From Tissierellales bacterium (lineage in GTDB: Bacteria > Bacillota > Clostridia > Tissierellales > JASKZW01), in contig JASLIL010000102.1 in assembly GCA_030152145.1 (NCBI GenBank), positions 2,592-66,591 of the forward strand: 64,000 nucleotides of DNA. The letters run 5' to 3'. Shown one piece after another: positions 1 through 8,398 of this stretch. Both the position numbers and the translations under genes were made by a program. How positions within the stretch are numbered: the first letter of the stretch is position 1; every line of letters begins with the position of its first letter. The notes beneath the pieces are model-generated. The model saw only the letters and a list, made by a program, of their open reading frames with translations. It had not been told where the DNA came from and did no database searches.

Positions 1-374
1 TGGTAGAAGAGCATAGGTTAATAGGATGTATAGAGCTAAGTAAAGATGAACTAAGACAGATAGGTGAAAACAAGGCCCTGTCCCTTGGTTATGCCCTAAA
101 TGAAAAGTATTGGAATAGGGGCTATATGACAGAAGCGGCAAAAGCTATTATAGCCTATGGTTTTGAAGTAGCCAATCTTGAATTAATATCAGTAAGGCAC
201 TTTGATTTTAATATGGAGTCACAAAATGTAATAGGAAAACTGGGCTTTAAAAAAGAAGGAATAATAAGAAAGGCAGCCTTAAATTACGATGGCAAGGTTC
301 ATGACTTTCACATATATTCCATGACCAGGGAAGAGTACGAATTAAGATATAGGGAGAGGATCTATTATGTATAG
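1..374 (+). CDS. GNAT family N-acetyltransferase, C-terminal part (5' end upstream of window)
   Basis: Frame of ORF 126..374 stays open back to base 3 (VEEHRLIGCIELSKDELRQIGENKALSLGYALNEKYWNRGYMTEAAK...). RimJ/RimL-like C-terminal GNAT motif SQNVIGKLGFKKEGIIRK. Confidence 0.8.
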   Translation, partial: VEEHRLIGCIELSKDELRQIGENKALSLGYALNEKYWNRGYMTEAAKAIIAYGFEVANLELISVRHFDFNMESQNVIGKLGFKKEGIIRKAALNYDGKVHDFHIYSMTREEYELRYRERIYYV

Positions 375-1113
375 AGATTATGGACCCTTAAGTACAGCCT
401 ACTATGAGGCAAGTAAGCCTGTAGGCAGATCTATAGGTGGAGATATAGACTACTATATAGATAGGCTTAGGGGAATTGAAGGACAGGTATTGGAGGCAGG
501 TGTGGGAACAGGTAGATTCTTAATTCCTCTTTTAGAGGAGGGATTTAAGGCTGATGGAATAGACAGTTCTAATCATATGCTAGAAATTTGCAGGGAAAAC
601 CTAGATTCTAGAGCTTTGGAAGCCAAGGTTTACAGGGGGGATCTTTTGAATTTAGACTTGAAGGAGGACTATGAGGCTATAATCATGCCTACTGGTTCCT
701 TCTGTCTTATAGAAGACAGTGAGAAGCTTCTGGCTAATTTTTACAAGGCATTAAAAGCTGGGGGAAGACTTATATTTGATTTAATATATCCAGAGGATTT
801 TCATGTAAATCAGGAGGATACATATATTCTAGAACTAGGGGAGGGGGATGGACTTGTCCTTAACTCAAAAAACCTAGAGATAGACTATATAAAACAGTTT
901 ACTACTAGCCTTTTAAGGTATGAACATTGGAGGGAGGGTAATCTAGTAGACACAGAACTACAAAAGTTTACAATCTACTGGAAGAGTCTCGGAGAAATCA
1001 AGATGCTTATGGAAAAGTTAGGTTTTAGGAATATAAGTATGGTTTATGGTTATGACCCTGAGGCAGGCTCTGAAAAAGCTGCTGGTCTAGTAACTATAGA
1101 AGCAATAAAATAG
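367..1113 (+). CDS. class I SAM-dependent methyltransferase
   Basis: 248 aa. Motif I VLEAGVGTGRF followed by acidic loop DGIDSS and motif GGRLIFD. ATG overlaps the GNAT stop by 8 nt. Confidence 0.85.
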   Translation: MYRDYGPLSTAYYEASKPVGRSIGGDIDYYIDRLRGIEGQVLEAGVGTGRFLIPLLEEGFKADGIDSSNHMLEICRENLDSRALEAKVYRGDLLNLDLKEDYEAIIMPTGSFCLIEDSEKLLANFYKALKAGGRLIFDLIYPEDFHVNQEDTYILELGEGDGLVLNSKNLEIDYIKQFTTSLLRYEHWREGNLVDTELQKFTIYWKSLGEIKMLMEKLGFRNISMVYGYDPEAGSEKAAGLVTIEAIK

Positions 1114-1115
1114 AA

Positions 1116-1148
1116 AAATGCAAAAGTTTTTAACTTTTGCATTTTTTT
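1116..1148 (+). terminator. rho-independent terminator after methyltransferase gene
   Basis: Perfect stem AATGCAAAAGTT / AACTTTTGCATT with TTT loop, followed by a T7 run. Confidence 0.85.
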
Positions 1149-1188
1149 ATGGTTTTTTTAAGCTTCTTAGGAAGATGGCCTAAAATAG

Positions 1189-1218
1189 TTGACTGTGATA
1201 ATCATTATCAAATAAACT
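1189..1218 (+). promoter_or_regulatory. sigma-A type promoter (TTGACT -35, TAAACT -10) with embedded perfect Fur-type 7-1-7 box TGATAATCATTATCA (1196-1210)
   Basis: The 15-nt box is a perfect inverted repeat and an exact instance of TGATAATnATTATCA. It occupies the spacer between the -35 and -10 hexamers. Confidence 0.7.
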
Positions 1219-1244
1219 GGTTTAATAGAAGAGGAGGGTCTGTT

Positions 1245-2975
1245 ATGATCAGTAAAAATTTACTTTCTTTACTAGGTAGTTCAAGAAAGTACATAAGGCG
1301 AAATGTTTATTATCAGTGGTTGGCTATGGTAGCTAATATTTTAATAATTTTAATCTTAAGTAATATTTTAAACCGTTTAATTCTTGATAGGACTGTAGAT
1401 TGGAGTCTAGCCCTTAGATCTCTTACGGCTGTTTTGGGGCTTATGGCCTTAAGGGCTGGCTTTAGCTATAAGGCTGGGCTTATGGCCTATAGAACAACTA
1501 AGGGACTAAAGGAGGACTTGAGAGCCAGAATCTACCAAAAGCTCTTAAACTTGGGACCTGGCTATAAGGATAGCTTTACTACAGCGGAAATCAGTCAGCT
1601 TACAACAGAGGGAGTTGAGCAGCTGGAGGTATACTACAGTAAGTATCTGCCCCAGTTTTTTTATAGTATGCTGGGACCTATTACCCTCTTTGTCTTTCTG
1701 GCCCAATACAGCCTTAAGGTTAGTTTAATCTTGCTTTTGGCAGTGCCTCTAATCCCCCTATCCATTATGGCGGTTATGAGATTTGCTAAAAAGTTATTGG
1801 ATAAGTATTGGTCTATTTACCTGTCCCTTGGGGATAGTTTTCTAGAGAATATTCAGGGGCTTACTAGCCTCAAGGTTTTTGATTCTGATGACTATATTAA
1901 TGATCAGATGAATAAGGAGGCTGAGGAGTTTAGGATTATTACTATGAAGGTTCTGTCCATGCAGTTAAATTCAATAACAGTTATGGATTTGGTTGCCTAT
2001 GGTGGTACAGCTCTGGGAATCATATTAACTATAGGTGAGTTTAGTAGGGGAAGGCTAAGTTTTGGTCACAGTCTGGCTATAATTATGCTGTCCAGTGAAT
2101 TTTTTCTACCTATGAGACTTCTAGGGTCCTTTTTCCACATATCAATGAATGGTATATCTGCTTCTAAAAAGATCTTCAAGCTTCTAAATCTAGAAGAAAG
2201 ACCTGGAAGCTTAGAACTAGAAAATCCTGATAGGATCTGTCTAAAGAAGCTAGGCTTTAGCTATGGAGACAGGAAGGTTCTAAGGGACATAGATTTAAGT
2301 GTAGATAGAGGAGAATTTATATCTATAGTAGGTGAGTCTGGCAGTGGGAAATCCACTATAGCCAAACTTTTAATGGGATATGAAAGCTCCTATGAGGGAA
2401 GTATAGATTTGGACGGCAGGGAGCTAAGGGATATAGGCTCCCAGTCAATAATGGAAAATATTACCTATATCAGTCATGGGGAACATATCTTTAAGGCTAG
2501 CCTTAGGGAGAATCTTCTTTTGAATAGGAAGGGGATAGATGATCTTAAGCTTTGGGAGATTTTAGACCAGGTAAACCTAAAGGAGTATTTCCTAGGACAA
2601 GATGGACTGGATACAGAGATAAAGGAGAGGGGCAGCAACCTATCAGGAGGTCAGAGGCAGAGACTTTCCATAGCTAGGGGACTTTTAAGTTCCAGCCAAG
2701 TTTATATATTTGATGAGGCTACTTCTAATATTGACAGGGAGAGTGAGGAGGACATAATGAGGGTTATTTATAGCTTGAAGGGTCAGGCTACAGTTATTTT
2801 AATATCCCATAGACTTTTAAATGTAGTGGATTCAGACTCTATATATGTTTTAAGGAAGGGAAACCTGGTGGAAAGAGGCTGTCACAGAAGCCTAATGGAA
2901 AGGAAGGGCTACTATGAGGAGCTTTTTAGTCAACAAATGGAATTAGAATCCTATGGAGGTGTTGGTCTTGTCTAG
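1245..2975 (+). CDS. ABC transporter permease/ATP-binding half-transporter (exporter fold, CydD-like partner)
   Basis: ATG 1245 lies 7 nt after GAGGAGGG (1231-1238). N-terminal multi-TM domain, then Walker A GESGSGKST, signature LSGGQRQRL, Walker B YIFDEATS. The 1137 start in the ORF track would run through the promoter and Fur box. Confidence 0.85.
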   Translation: MISKNLLSLLGSSRKYIRRNVYYQWLAMVANILIILILSNILNRLILDRTVDWSLALRSLTAVLGLMALRAGFSYKAGLMAYRTTKGLKEDLRARIYQKLLNLGPGYKDSFTTAEISQLTTEGVEQLEVYYSKYLPQFFYSMLGPITLFVFLAQYSLKVSLILLLAVPLIPLSIMAVMRFAKKLLDKYWSIYLSLGDSFLENIQGLTSLKVFDSDDYINDQMNKEAEEFRIITMKVLSMQLNSITVMDLVAYGGTALGIILTIGEFSRGRLSFGHSLAIIMLSSEFFLPMRLLGSFFHISMNGISASKKIFKLLNLEERPGSLELENPDRICLKKLGFSYGDRKVLRDIDLSVDRGEFISIVGESGSGKSTIAKLLMGYESSYEGSIDLDGRELRDIGSQSIMENITYISHGEHIFKASLRENLLLNRKGIDDLKLWEILDQVNLKEYFLGQDGLDTEIKERGSNLSGGQRQRLSIARGLLSSSQVYIFDEATSNIDRESEEDIMRVIYSLKGQATVILISHRLLNVVDSDSIYVLRKGNLVERGCHRSLMERKGYYEELFSQQMELESYGGVGLV

Positions 2976-2991
2976 ATCTGGATTTAAGATT

Positions 2992-4623
2992 ATGAAGGAG
3001 CTTATAGCCCTGGTATCCAACCTTGGACATATTATGCTAGGTGCTATATTTACAGGAGTTTTGGGCTTTCTAGCAGCCATATTCCTAATGATTTTTGGCC
3101 TATATGGCCTAATGGGAGAACTGGGCTTTGAACTTGCCATGACTAGGTCAGAAATCTTTAAAGTCCTAATATTTTTAGGCTTGATTAGGGGAGTTTTAAG
3201 GTATCTAGAGCAGTATCAAAACCACTACCTGGCCTTTAAGGTTCTGGCCCTTATTAGGGACAAGGTATTTAAGGCCTTAAGAAGGCTTGCACCTGCAAAA
3301 TTGGAGGCTAGGGACAGGGGAAACTTAATTAGTATTATTACATCTGATGTAGAGCTACTGGAGGTCTTTTATGCCCATACAGTGTCACCAATTTCCATAG
3401 CTTTTATAGTATCTCTTGTAATGGTAGTCTTCCTAGCCAGTTTTCATCCAGCCTATGGTCTAGTAGGTCTTATGGCCTATCTGACAGTAGGGGTTCTAGT
3501 TCCCATCCTAAACTCTAGACTAGGTAAGGACCTGGGCCTTCAATACAGAAATAGTATAGGAGATTTAAACACCTATATACTAGACAGTCTAAGGGGCCTA
3601 AGAGAGGTAAATCAATATGGCTATGGCAGCAGGAGATTGGAAGAAATTAAGGCTAGGACAGAAGATCTCTACAGGCTTCAGGGAGGACTAAATAAGAGGG
3701 AATCCTTTAGTAGAATCCTATCGGACATGGCCCTATATGGCTTTGGTTTAATTAGTCTTGTCCTTGGGCTCTTTCTCTACCAAAAGGGAAGGGTAGATGA
3801 GATAGGGGTTGTACTACCTTTTGTAGGAATAATGAGTTCTTTTGGACCAGTACTTGCCCTATCCAACCTATCCAATAATCTTTTTCATACTCTAGCCAGT
3901 GGGGAAAGGGTCCTTAATCTTCTGGAGGAGGAGCCTCTTGTTAGGGAAATTCAGGATGGATTAGACCTGGAATTTGAGGATCTTTCTATAGAGGGGCTGG
4001 ACTTTTCCTATGACCAGGAAGAAATCTTATCAGACCTTGATCTATACCTTAAAAGAGGTGAGGTTATAGGAATAAAGGGAAGATCTGGCAGTGGCAAGTC
4101 AACCCTTCTAAAGCTTATAATGAGATTTTGGTCCAGGGACAGTGGAAATCTTAGTATATCAGGCCAGGATATAGAGAAAATAAATACATCTAGCCTAAGG
4201 ATTATGGAGGGTTATTTAAGTCAGGAAACAGAACTTTTCAACAAATCAATAGAAGATAATATTAGGATAGGAAGACTGGATGCCAGTCTAGATGAGGTAA
4301 TAGAGGCAAGTAAGAAGGCACAAATTCATGACTTTATCATGTCTCTAGAAAAGGGCTATGATACAAGAATAGGAGAGCTGGGAGACAAGCTATCTGGTGG
4401 GGAAAGACAGAGGCTGGGCCTTGCTAGGGTCTTTCTACATGGAGGAGACTTGATTCTTCTAGATGAACCTACTTCCAATCTAGACAGCCTAAATGAAGGC
4501 TTAATACTAAAGGTTCTTAAGGAGGCCTTGGAGGATCAGGCCTTGATTTTAGTATCCCACAGGGATTCAACCCTATCAATAGCCCATAGGAAATACACTA
4601 TAGACTCAGGGAGGGTTAGCTAA
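2992..4623 (+). CDS. ABC transporter permease/ATP-binding half-transporter (exporter fold, CydC-like partner)
   Basis: TM domain plus Walker A GRSGSGKST, signature LSGGERQRL, Walker B LILLDEPTS. ATG 2992 is preferred. ATG 2953 is an alternative that overlaps the upstream gene. Confidence 0.85.
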   Translation: MKELIALVSNLGHIMLGAIFTGVLGFLAAIFLMIFGLYGLMGELGFELAMTRSEIFKVLIFLGLIRGVLRYLEQYQNHYLAFKVLALIRDKVFKALRRLAPAKLEARDRGNLISIITSDVELLEVFYAHTVSPISIAFIVSLVMVVFLASFHPAYGLVGLMAYLTVGVLVPILNSRLGKDLGLQYRNSIGDLNTYILDSLRGLREVNQYGYGSRRLEEIKARTEDLYRLQGGLNKRESFSRILSDMALYGFGLISLVLGLFLYQKGRVDEIGVVLPFVGIMSSFGPVLALSNLSNNLFHTLASGERVLNLLEEEPLVREIQDGLDLEFEDLSIEGLDFSYDQEEILSDLDLYLKRGEVIGIKGRSGSGKSTLLKLIMRFWSRDSGNLSISGQDIEKINTSSLRIMEGYLSQETELFNKSIEDNIRIGRLDASLDEVIEASKKAQIHDFIMSLEKGYDTRIGELGDKLSGGERQRLGLARVFLHGGDLILLDEPTSNLDSLNEGLILKVLKEALEDQALILVSHRDSTLSIAHRKYTIDSGRVS

Positions 4624-5300
4624 TGGATCTTAAGAAGAAAAGAGACAGGGAGAAAGAGGTTCTAGGGGAGATGCTTGAAATTTACTGTAGGGGCAATCAT
4701 GGAGAAGAAGGGCTTTGTCAGGACTGTAAAAGCTTGGAAGACTATAGCTTTAAAAGAATTGATTCCTGTAGGTATATAGAAGATAAAAGTTTTTGCAGTG
4801 CCTGTAAAAGTCCTTGCTACGGGCCAGAAGAAAGAAAAAAAATCAAGAAAGTTATGAGCTATGCTGGGCCTAGGATGATTTTTAAAAGACCTATCTTATG
4901 TTTAAAGCATGTGTTTTCAAGGGATTTTAAGCTTAAAAAATTTATATATGTGGCTTTAGGATTTATATTTATGGGTATAGGTGCTGTAGGTGCAGTTTTA
5001 CCAATCCTACCTACAGTTCCCTTTCTCATGTTGGCTTCATTTTTCTTCATGAAAGGATCTGTCAGGTTTGATACTTGGTTTAAATCAACTAAACTATATA
5101 AAAAACACCTGGAGTCCTTTGATAAATCTAGAGCTATGACTAGGAAGACCAAGTTTATTATCTTAGTTTTTGCTAGTCTTATGCTTCTTATTCCCTTTTT
5201 CAAAGTAGATGTTCTAGCTATGAGGGTATTTATAATATTTTTAATAGCCTTTAAATACTACTATTTCATATTTAAAATTAAGACAATAGAACAGGGTTAA
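4623..5300 (+). CDS. fusion protein: nitrous-oxide-stimulated-promoter (YgbA) family Cys-rich domain + DUF454/YbaN membrane domain
   Basis: N-terminal part has 8 Cys (YCRGNHGEEGLCQDCKSLEDY...CRYIEDKSFCSACKSPCYGPEERKKIKKVMSYAGPRM), as in YgbA-type proteins. C-terminal part (LGFIFMGIGAVGAVLPILPTVPFLMLASFFF) matches the YbaN/DUF454 signature. The start ATG overlaps the upstream TAA (TAATG). Confidence 0.8.
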   Translation: MDLKKKRDREKEVLGEMLEIYCRGNHGEEGLCQDCKSLEDYSFKRIDSCRYIEDKSFCSACKSPCYGPEERKKIKKVMSYAGPRMIFKRPILCLKHVFSRDFKLKKFIYVALGFIFMGIGAVGAVLPILPTVPFLMLASFFFMKGSVRFDTWFKSTKLYKKHLESFDKSRAMTRKTKFIILVFASLMLLIPFFKVDVLAMRVFIIFLIAFKYYYFIFKIKTIEQG

Positions 5301-5313
5301 GCCCTGTTTTTTT
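5289..5313 (+). terminator. rho-independent terminator
   Basis: Stem GAACAGGG / CCCTGTTT with loop TTAAG that contains the stop codon, followed by a T run. Confidence 0.8.
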
Positions 5314-5470
5314 ATTCAAAAGGCTTATAAAGATGATGGCCTAGATGAAAATAAAAATACTTCACCTGTCTTTCTTTATACATAGGAAAGCTAGAGACCT
5401 TTAAAGCTAGGGCCTAGGGAAATTGCAAGAAAAATAGCTATTTTCAGACTATATAAAACTCCGGGAAAAC

Positions 5471-5499
5471 TTTTGCATTGGGCTAAAAAATATGCAAAA
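5471..5499 (+). promoter_or_regulatory. inverted repeat TTTTGCAT-N13-ATGCAAAA upstream of yfcC (candidate operator), next to an extended -10 TGCTAAAAT (5504-5512)
   Basis: 8-bp perfect arms read directly from the sequence. Position corresponds to the -35 region of the only plausible promoter. Confidence 0.4.
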
Positions 5500-5568
5500 C
5501 TTGTGCTAAAATATAGTTATGACAGAATTATTACAATATTTTTTAAAAAAATTTGGAGGGAGTTTACA

Positions 5569-7086
5569 ATGGCTAAAGAAAAGAAGAAAAGACAGTTTCC
5601 TACTGCCTTTACAGTCCTGTTTATCGTTTTAGTTTTAGCAGCTGTTTTAACTTTTATAGTACCAGCTGGACTATATGAAAAACTATCATACGATGCAGAT
5701 GCAGACTTATTTAAGGTAGTGGACCAAAGTGGAAATGTTGAAACCTATCCAGCAGAACAAGAAACACTGGAAAATCTAGGTATTCAAATTGAACTAATTA
5801 AGTTTAAAGATGGAAGTATAACAAAGGAAATGGCAGTTCCTAACACTTACAAGGAAATTGCTAAAAATCCTCAAGGTATCAAGGAAGTAATTTTAGCACC
5901 AATACAAGGTATAGCAGACACAGTTGATATTATGGTATTCGTTTTAATCTTAGGTGGTATAATTGCTTTAGTTAATAAGACTGGTACATTTGACGCAGGT
6001 ATAGCATCTCTTTCAAAGAAAACTAAGGGAAAAGAGTTTATACTAGTTACAATAGTAACTGTCCTAATAGCTTTAGGAGGAACAACTTTTGGATTAGCAG
6101 AGGAAACCATTGCACTTTATCCTATACTGATGCCAGTTTTTGTGGCTAGTGGATATGATGCTTTAGTTTGTATAGCTGCTATATACATGGGTTCATCAAT
6201 AGGTACTATGTACTCAACAGTAAACCCATTCTCTATAGTTGTAGCATCAGACGCTTCAGGTATATCATTTAGTGAAGGTATGCCATTTAGAATAATAGCT
6301 CTAGTGCTAGCAACTATAATAACATTGGTTTATATTTACAAGTATGCTAGAAAAGTTCAAAAGGATCCTAATCAATCAATTATCAAGGATGACATGCCTC
6401 ACATAAGAGAGAAATTCTTAAAAGATTATGATCCAAACAACCTAATTGAGTTTGACTGGAGAAGAAAGTCAATACTACTGGTATTTGCAGCATCATTTGT
6501 TATCCTAGTACTAGGAGTAGCAAAATATCAATGGGGATTTGACTACATGTCAGGACTATTCCTAGCTTCATCAATTATAGTTATCTTCCTTTCAGGATTT
6601 TCAGAGAAGGAAGCTGTTAACACTTTCTTAGAAGGTGCGGCTGATCTAGTATCTGTAGTTCTTATTATAGGAGTAGCTAGAGGTATAAACATAGTTATGG
6701 ATAATGGATTTATATCCGATACATTACTATATAAGACATCAGGAGTAGTTGAGGGAATGAATGGTGGTATATTTGCAGTAGTACAAATGATTCTATTTAG
6801 TTTCCTAGGATTCTTCGTTCCATCATCATCAGGACTAGCAACACTTTCAATGCCTATTATGGCACCACTTGCTGATACAGTTGGTCTATCAAGAGCAATA
6901 GTAGTAACAGCTTATAACTGGGGACAAGGTTGGATGAGTTTCATAGCTCCAACAGGTCTAATACTTGCAACTCTTGAAATGGTAGACGTAACTTATGATA
7001 AGTGGCTTAAGTTTATACTTCCATTAATGGGTATTATAGGAGTCTTCTCAGCAGTAATGCTATTTGGATATTCATTTTTTGCATAA
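5569..7086 (+). CDS. YfcC family membrane transporter (DcuC/anaerobic C4-dicarboxylate-carrier-like superfamily)
   Basis: ATG 5569 follows GGAGGG. Polytopic membrane protein starting MAKEKKKRQFPTAFTVLFIV with a long extracytoplasmic loop after TM1, typical of YfcC proteins. Confidence 0.85.
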   Translation: MAKEKKKRQFPTAFTVLFIVLVLAAVLTFIVPAGLYEKLSYDADADLFKVVDQSGNVETYPAEQETLENLGIQIELIKFKDGSITKEMAVPNTYKEIAKNPQGIKEVILAPIQGIADTVDIMVFVLILGGIIALVNKTGTFDAGIASLSKKTKGKEFILVTIVTVLIALGGTTFGLAEETIALYPILMPVFVASGYDALVCIAAIYMGSSIGTMYSTVNPFSIVVASDASGISFSEGMPFRIIALVLATIITLVYIYKYARKVQKDPNQSIIKDDMPHIREKFLKDYDPNNLIEFDWRRKSILLVFAASFVILVLGVAKYQWGFDYMSGLFLASSIIVIFLSGFSEKEAVNTFLEGAADLVSVVLIIGVARGINIVMDNGFISDTLLYKTSGVVEGMNGGIFAVVQMILFSFLGFFVPSSSGLATLSMPIMAPLADTVGLSRAIVVTAYNWGQGWMSFIAPTGLILATLEMVDVTYDKWLKFILPLMGIIGVFSAVMLFGYSFFA

Positions 7087-7105
7087 AATTTAGGAGGGAA
7101 TCAAT

Positions 7106-8323
7106 ATGGATATAGTAGAAAGATTTAAGAAGTATATAGCTGTAGATACAAAAGCAGATGAATCAAGTGAGACCTGCCCAAGTACAAAAGGACAACTAGA
7201 GCTTGGAAAGATGATAGTGGAAGATATGAAAAAAATAGGTCTTGAAGATGTTATTCAGGACGAAAATGGTTACGTTTATGGAACACTAAAGTCAAATGTG
7301 GATTTTAAGGTTCCAACTATAGGATTTATTGCTCATATGGACACTGCACCGGATTTAGATGGAAAATGTACAAATCCACAGACTTTTGTTTACCAAGGTG
7401 GAGATATTAAGCTAAACGACGAGTATACTATGAAAGTTGATGAATTCCCAGTATTAAAGGAACTAGTTGGTATGGAACTAATTACAACTGACGGTACAAC
7501 TTTACTAGGAGCAGATGATAAGGCTGGAATTTGTGAGATCTTAGATGCTATGCAGTATCTAGTTGATCATCCAGAAATCAAACACGGAGATATAAAGATA
7601 GGATTTACTCCGGATGAGGAAATCGGCCGTGGAGCAGACTTATTTGATGTAGAAGGATTTGGAGCAGACTTTGCCTATACTTTAGATGGTGGACCTATAG
7701 GTGAATTAGAGTATGAAAACTTTAATGCGGCTACAGGAATTCTAAAGATCCAAGGTAAGAATGTTCATCCAGGAACAGCTAAGGATGTTATGGTAAATGC
7801 TCTTAGAATTGGTATGGAGTTTGAAATGATGTTACCAGCAGCTCAAAAGCCAGAGTATACATCAGGCTATGAAGGCTTCATACAGTTAGATGAAATGGAA
7901 GGTTCTGTAGACTATGCAGAATTTATCTATATAATAAGAGACCACTCTAGAGAGAAATTTGAAGAAAAGAAAGTTCTATTCCAAAAGGCAGTAGACTATC
8001 TAAACATAAAATACAATGGAGCTATAAAATGCGAACTTGAAGATAGCTACTACAATATGAGGGAGAAAGTAGAGCCTCATATGGAGATAATAGACCTGGC
8101 AGAAACTTCAATGAAGGAAATAGGTATAGAACCTAACATTAAGGCTATCAGAGGTGGAACAGATGGTGCAAGACTTTCCTTTATGGGACTACCTTGCCCT
8201 AACCTATTTGCAGGTGGAATGAACTTCCATGGTAGATATGAAATGGTTCCAACTGAATGGATGAGAAAAGCTTCAGAATTAATAGTTAAGATAGCTGAAA
8301 ACAACGCAAAGAACAAGATGTAA
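7106..8323 (+). CDS. pepT: peptidase T (tripeptide aminopeptidase, M20B)
   Basis: 405 aa. N-terminus MDIVERFKKYIAVDTKADESS...PST.GQ, metal-site motifs IAHMDTAPD and LGADDKAG, C-terminal GGTDGA. Confidence 0.95.
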   Translation: MDIVERFKKYIAVDTKADESSETCPSTKGQLELGKMIVEDMKKIGLEDVIQDENGYVYGTLKSNVDFKVPTIGFIAHMDTAPDLDGKCTNPQTFVYQGGDIKLNDEYTMKVDEFPVLKELVGMELITTDGTTLLGADDKAGICEILDAMQYLVDHPEIKHGDIKIGFTPDEEIGRGADLFDVEGFGADFAYTLDGGPIGELEYENFNAATGILKIQGKNVHPGTAKDVMVNALRIGMEFEMMLPAAQKPEYTSGYEGFIQLDEMEGSVDYAEFIYIIRDHSREKFEEKKVLFQKAVDYLNIKYNGAIKCELEDSYYNMREKVEPHMEIIDLAETSMKEIGIEPNIKAIRGGTDGARLSFMGLPCPNLFAGGMNFHGRYEMVPTEWMRKASELIVKIAENNAKNKM

Positions 8324-8341
8324 TTAATTTAAGTCTACAGG

Positions 8342-8376
8342 GAATAACCTTAGTCATAGTTTGATTAAGGTTATTC
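8342..8376 (+). other. intercistronic hairpin between pepT and pepD (11-bp stem GAATAACCTTA / TAAGGTTATTC, 13-nt loop)
   Basis: Perfect 11-bp inverted repeat with only a weak downstream T tract. It may be a partial terminator or a processing/stability element. Confidence 0.4.
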
Positions 8377-8398
8377 TAAATTTAAAGGAGGTTATAGA

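Noticed and set aside
1137-1244. N-terminal extension of the first ABC gene as drawn in the ORF track (start 1137).
   Set aside because: The extension would be translated from the terminator, promoter and Fur-box region. A strong RBS precedes ATG 1245, and the protein family begins there.
5439-5453. CodY-like box TATTTTCAGACTATA upstream of the peptide-utilisation operon.
   Set aside because: Only about 11 of 15 positions match AATTTTCWGAAAATT. In AT-rich DNA this is within chance expectation, so a PWM scan and comparative data would be needed.
5462-5477. Possible second sigma-54 promoter CGGGAAAACTTTTGCA upstream of yfcC (GG and GC at the correct 12-nt spacing).
   Set aside because: Only GG..A of the TGGCAC element is present (3/6). 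It is much weaker than the perfect site at 22102, and no activator gene is adjacent. I keep it as an unlikely candidate.
5473-5568. N-terminal extension of yfcC (track start 5473, a non-ATG codon).
   Set aside because: It overlaps the promoter and inverted repeat. GGAGGG followed by ATG 5569 gives the canonical MAKEKKKRQFP start followed by TM1.
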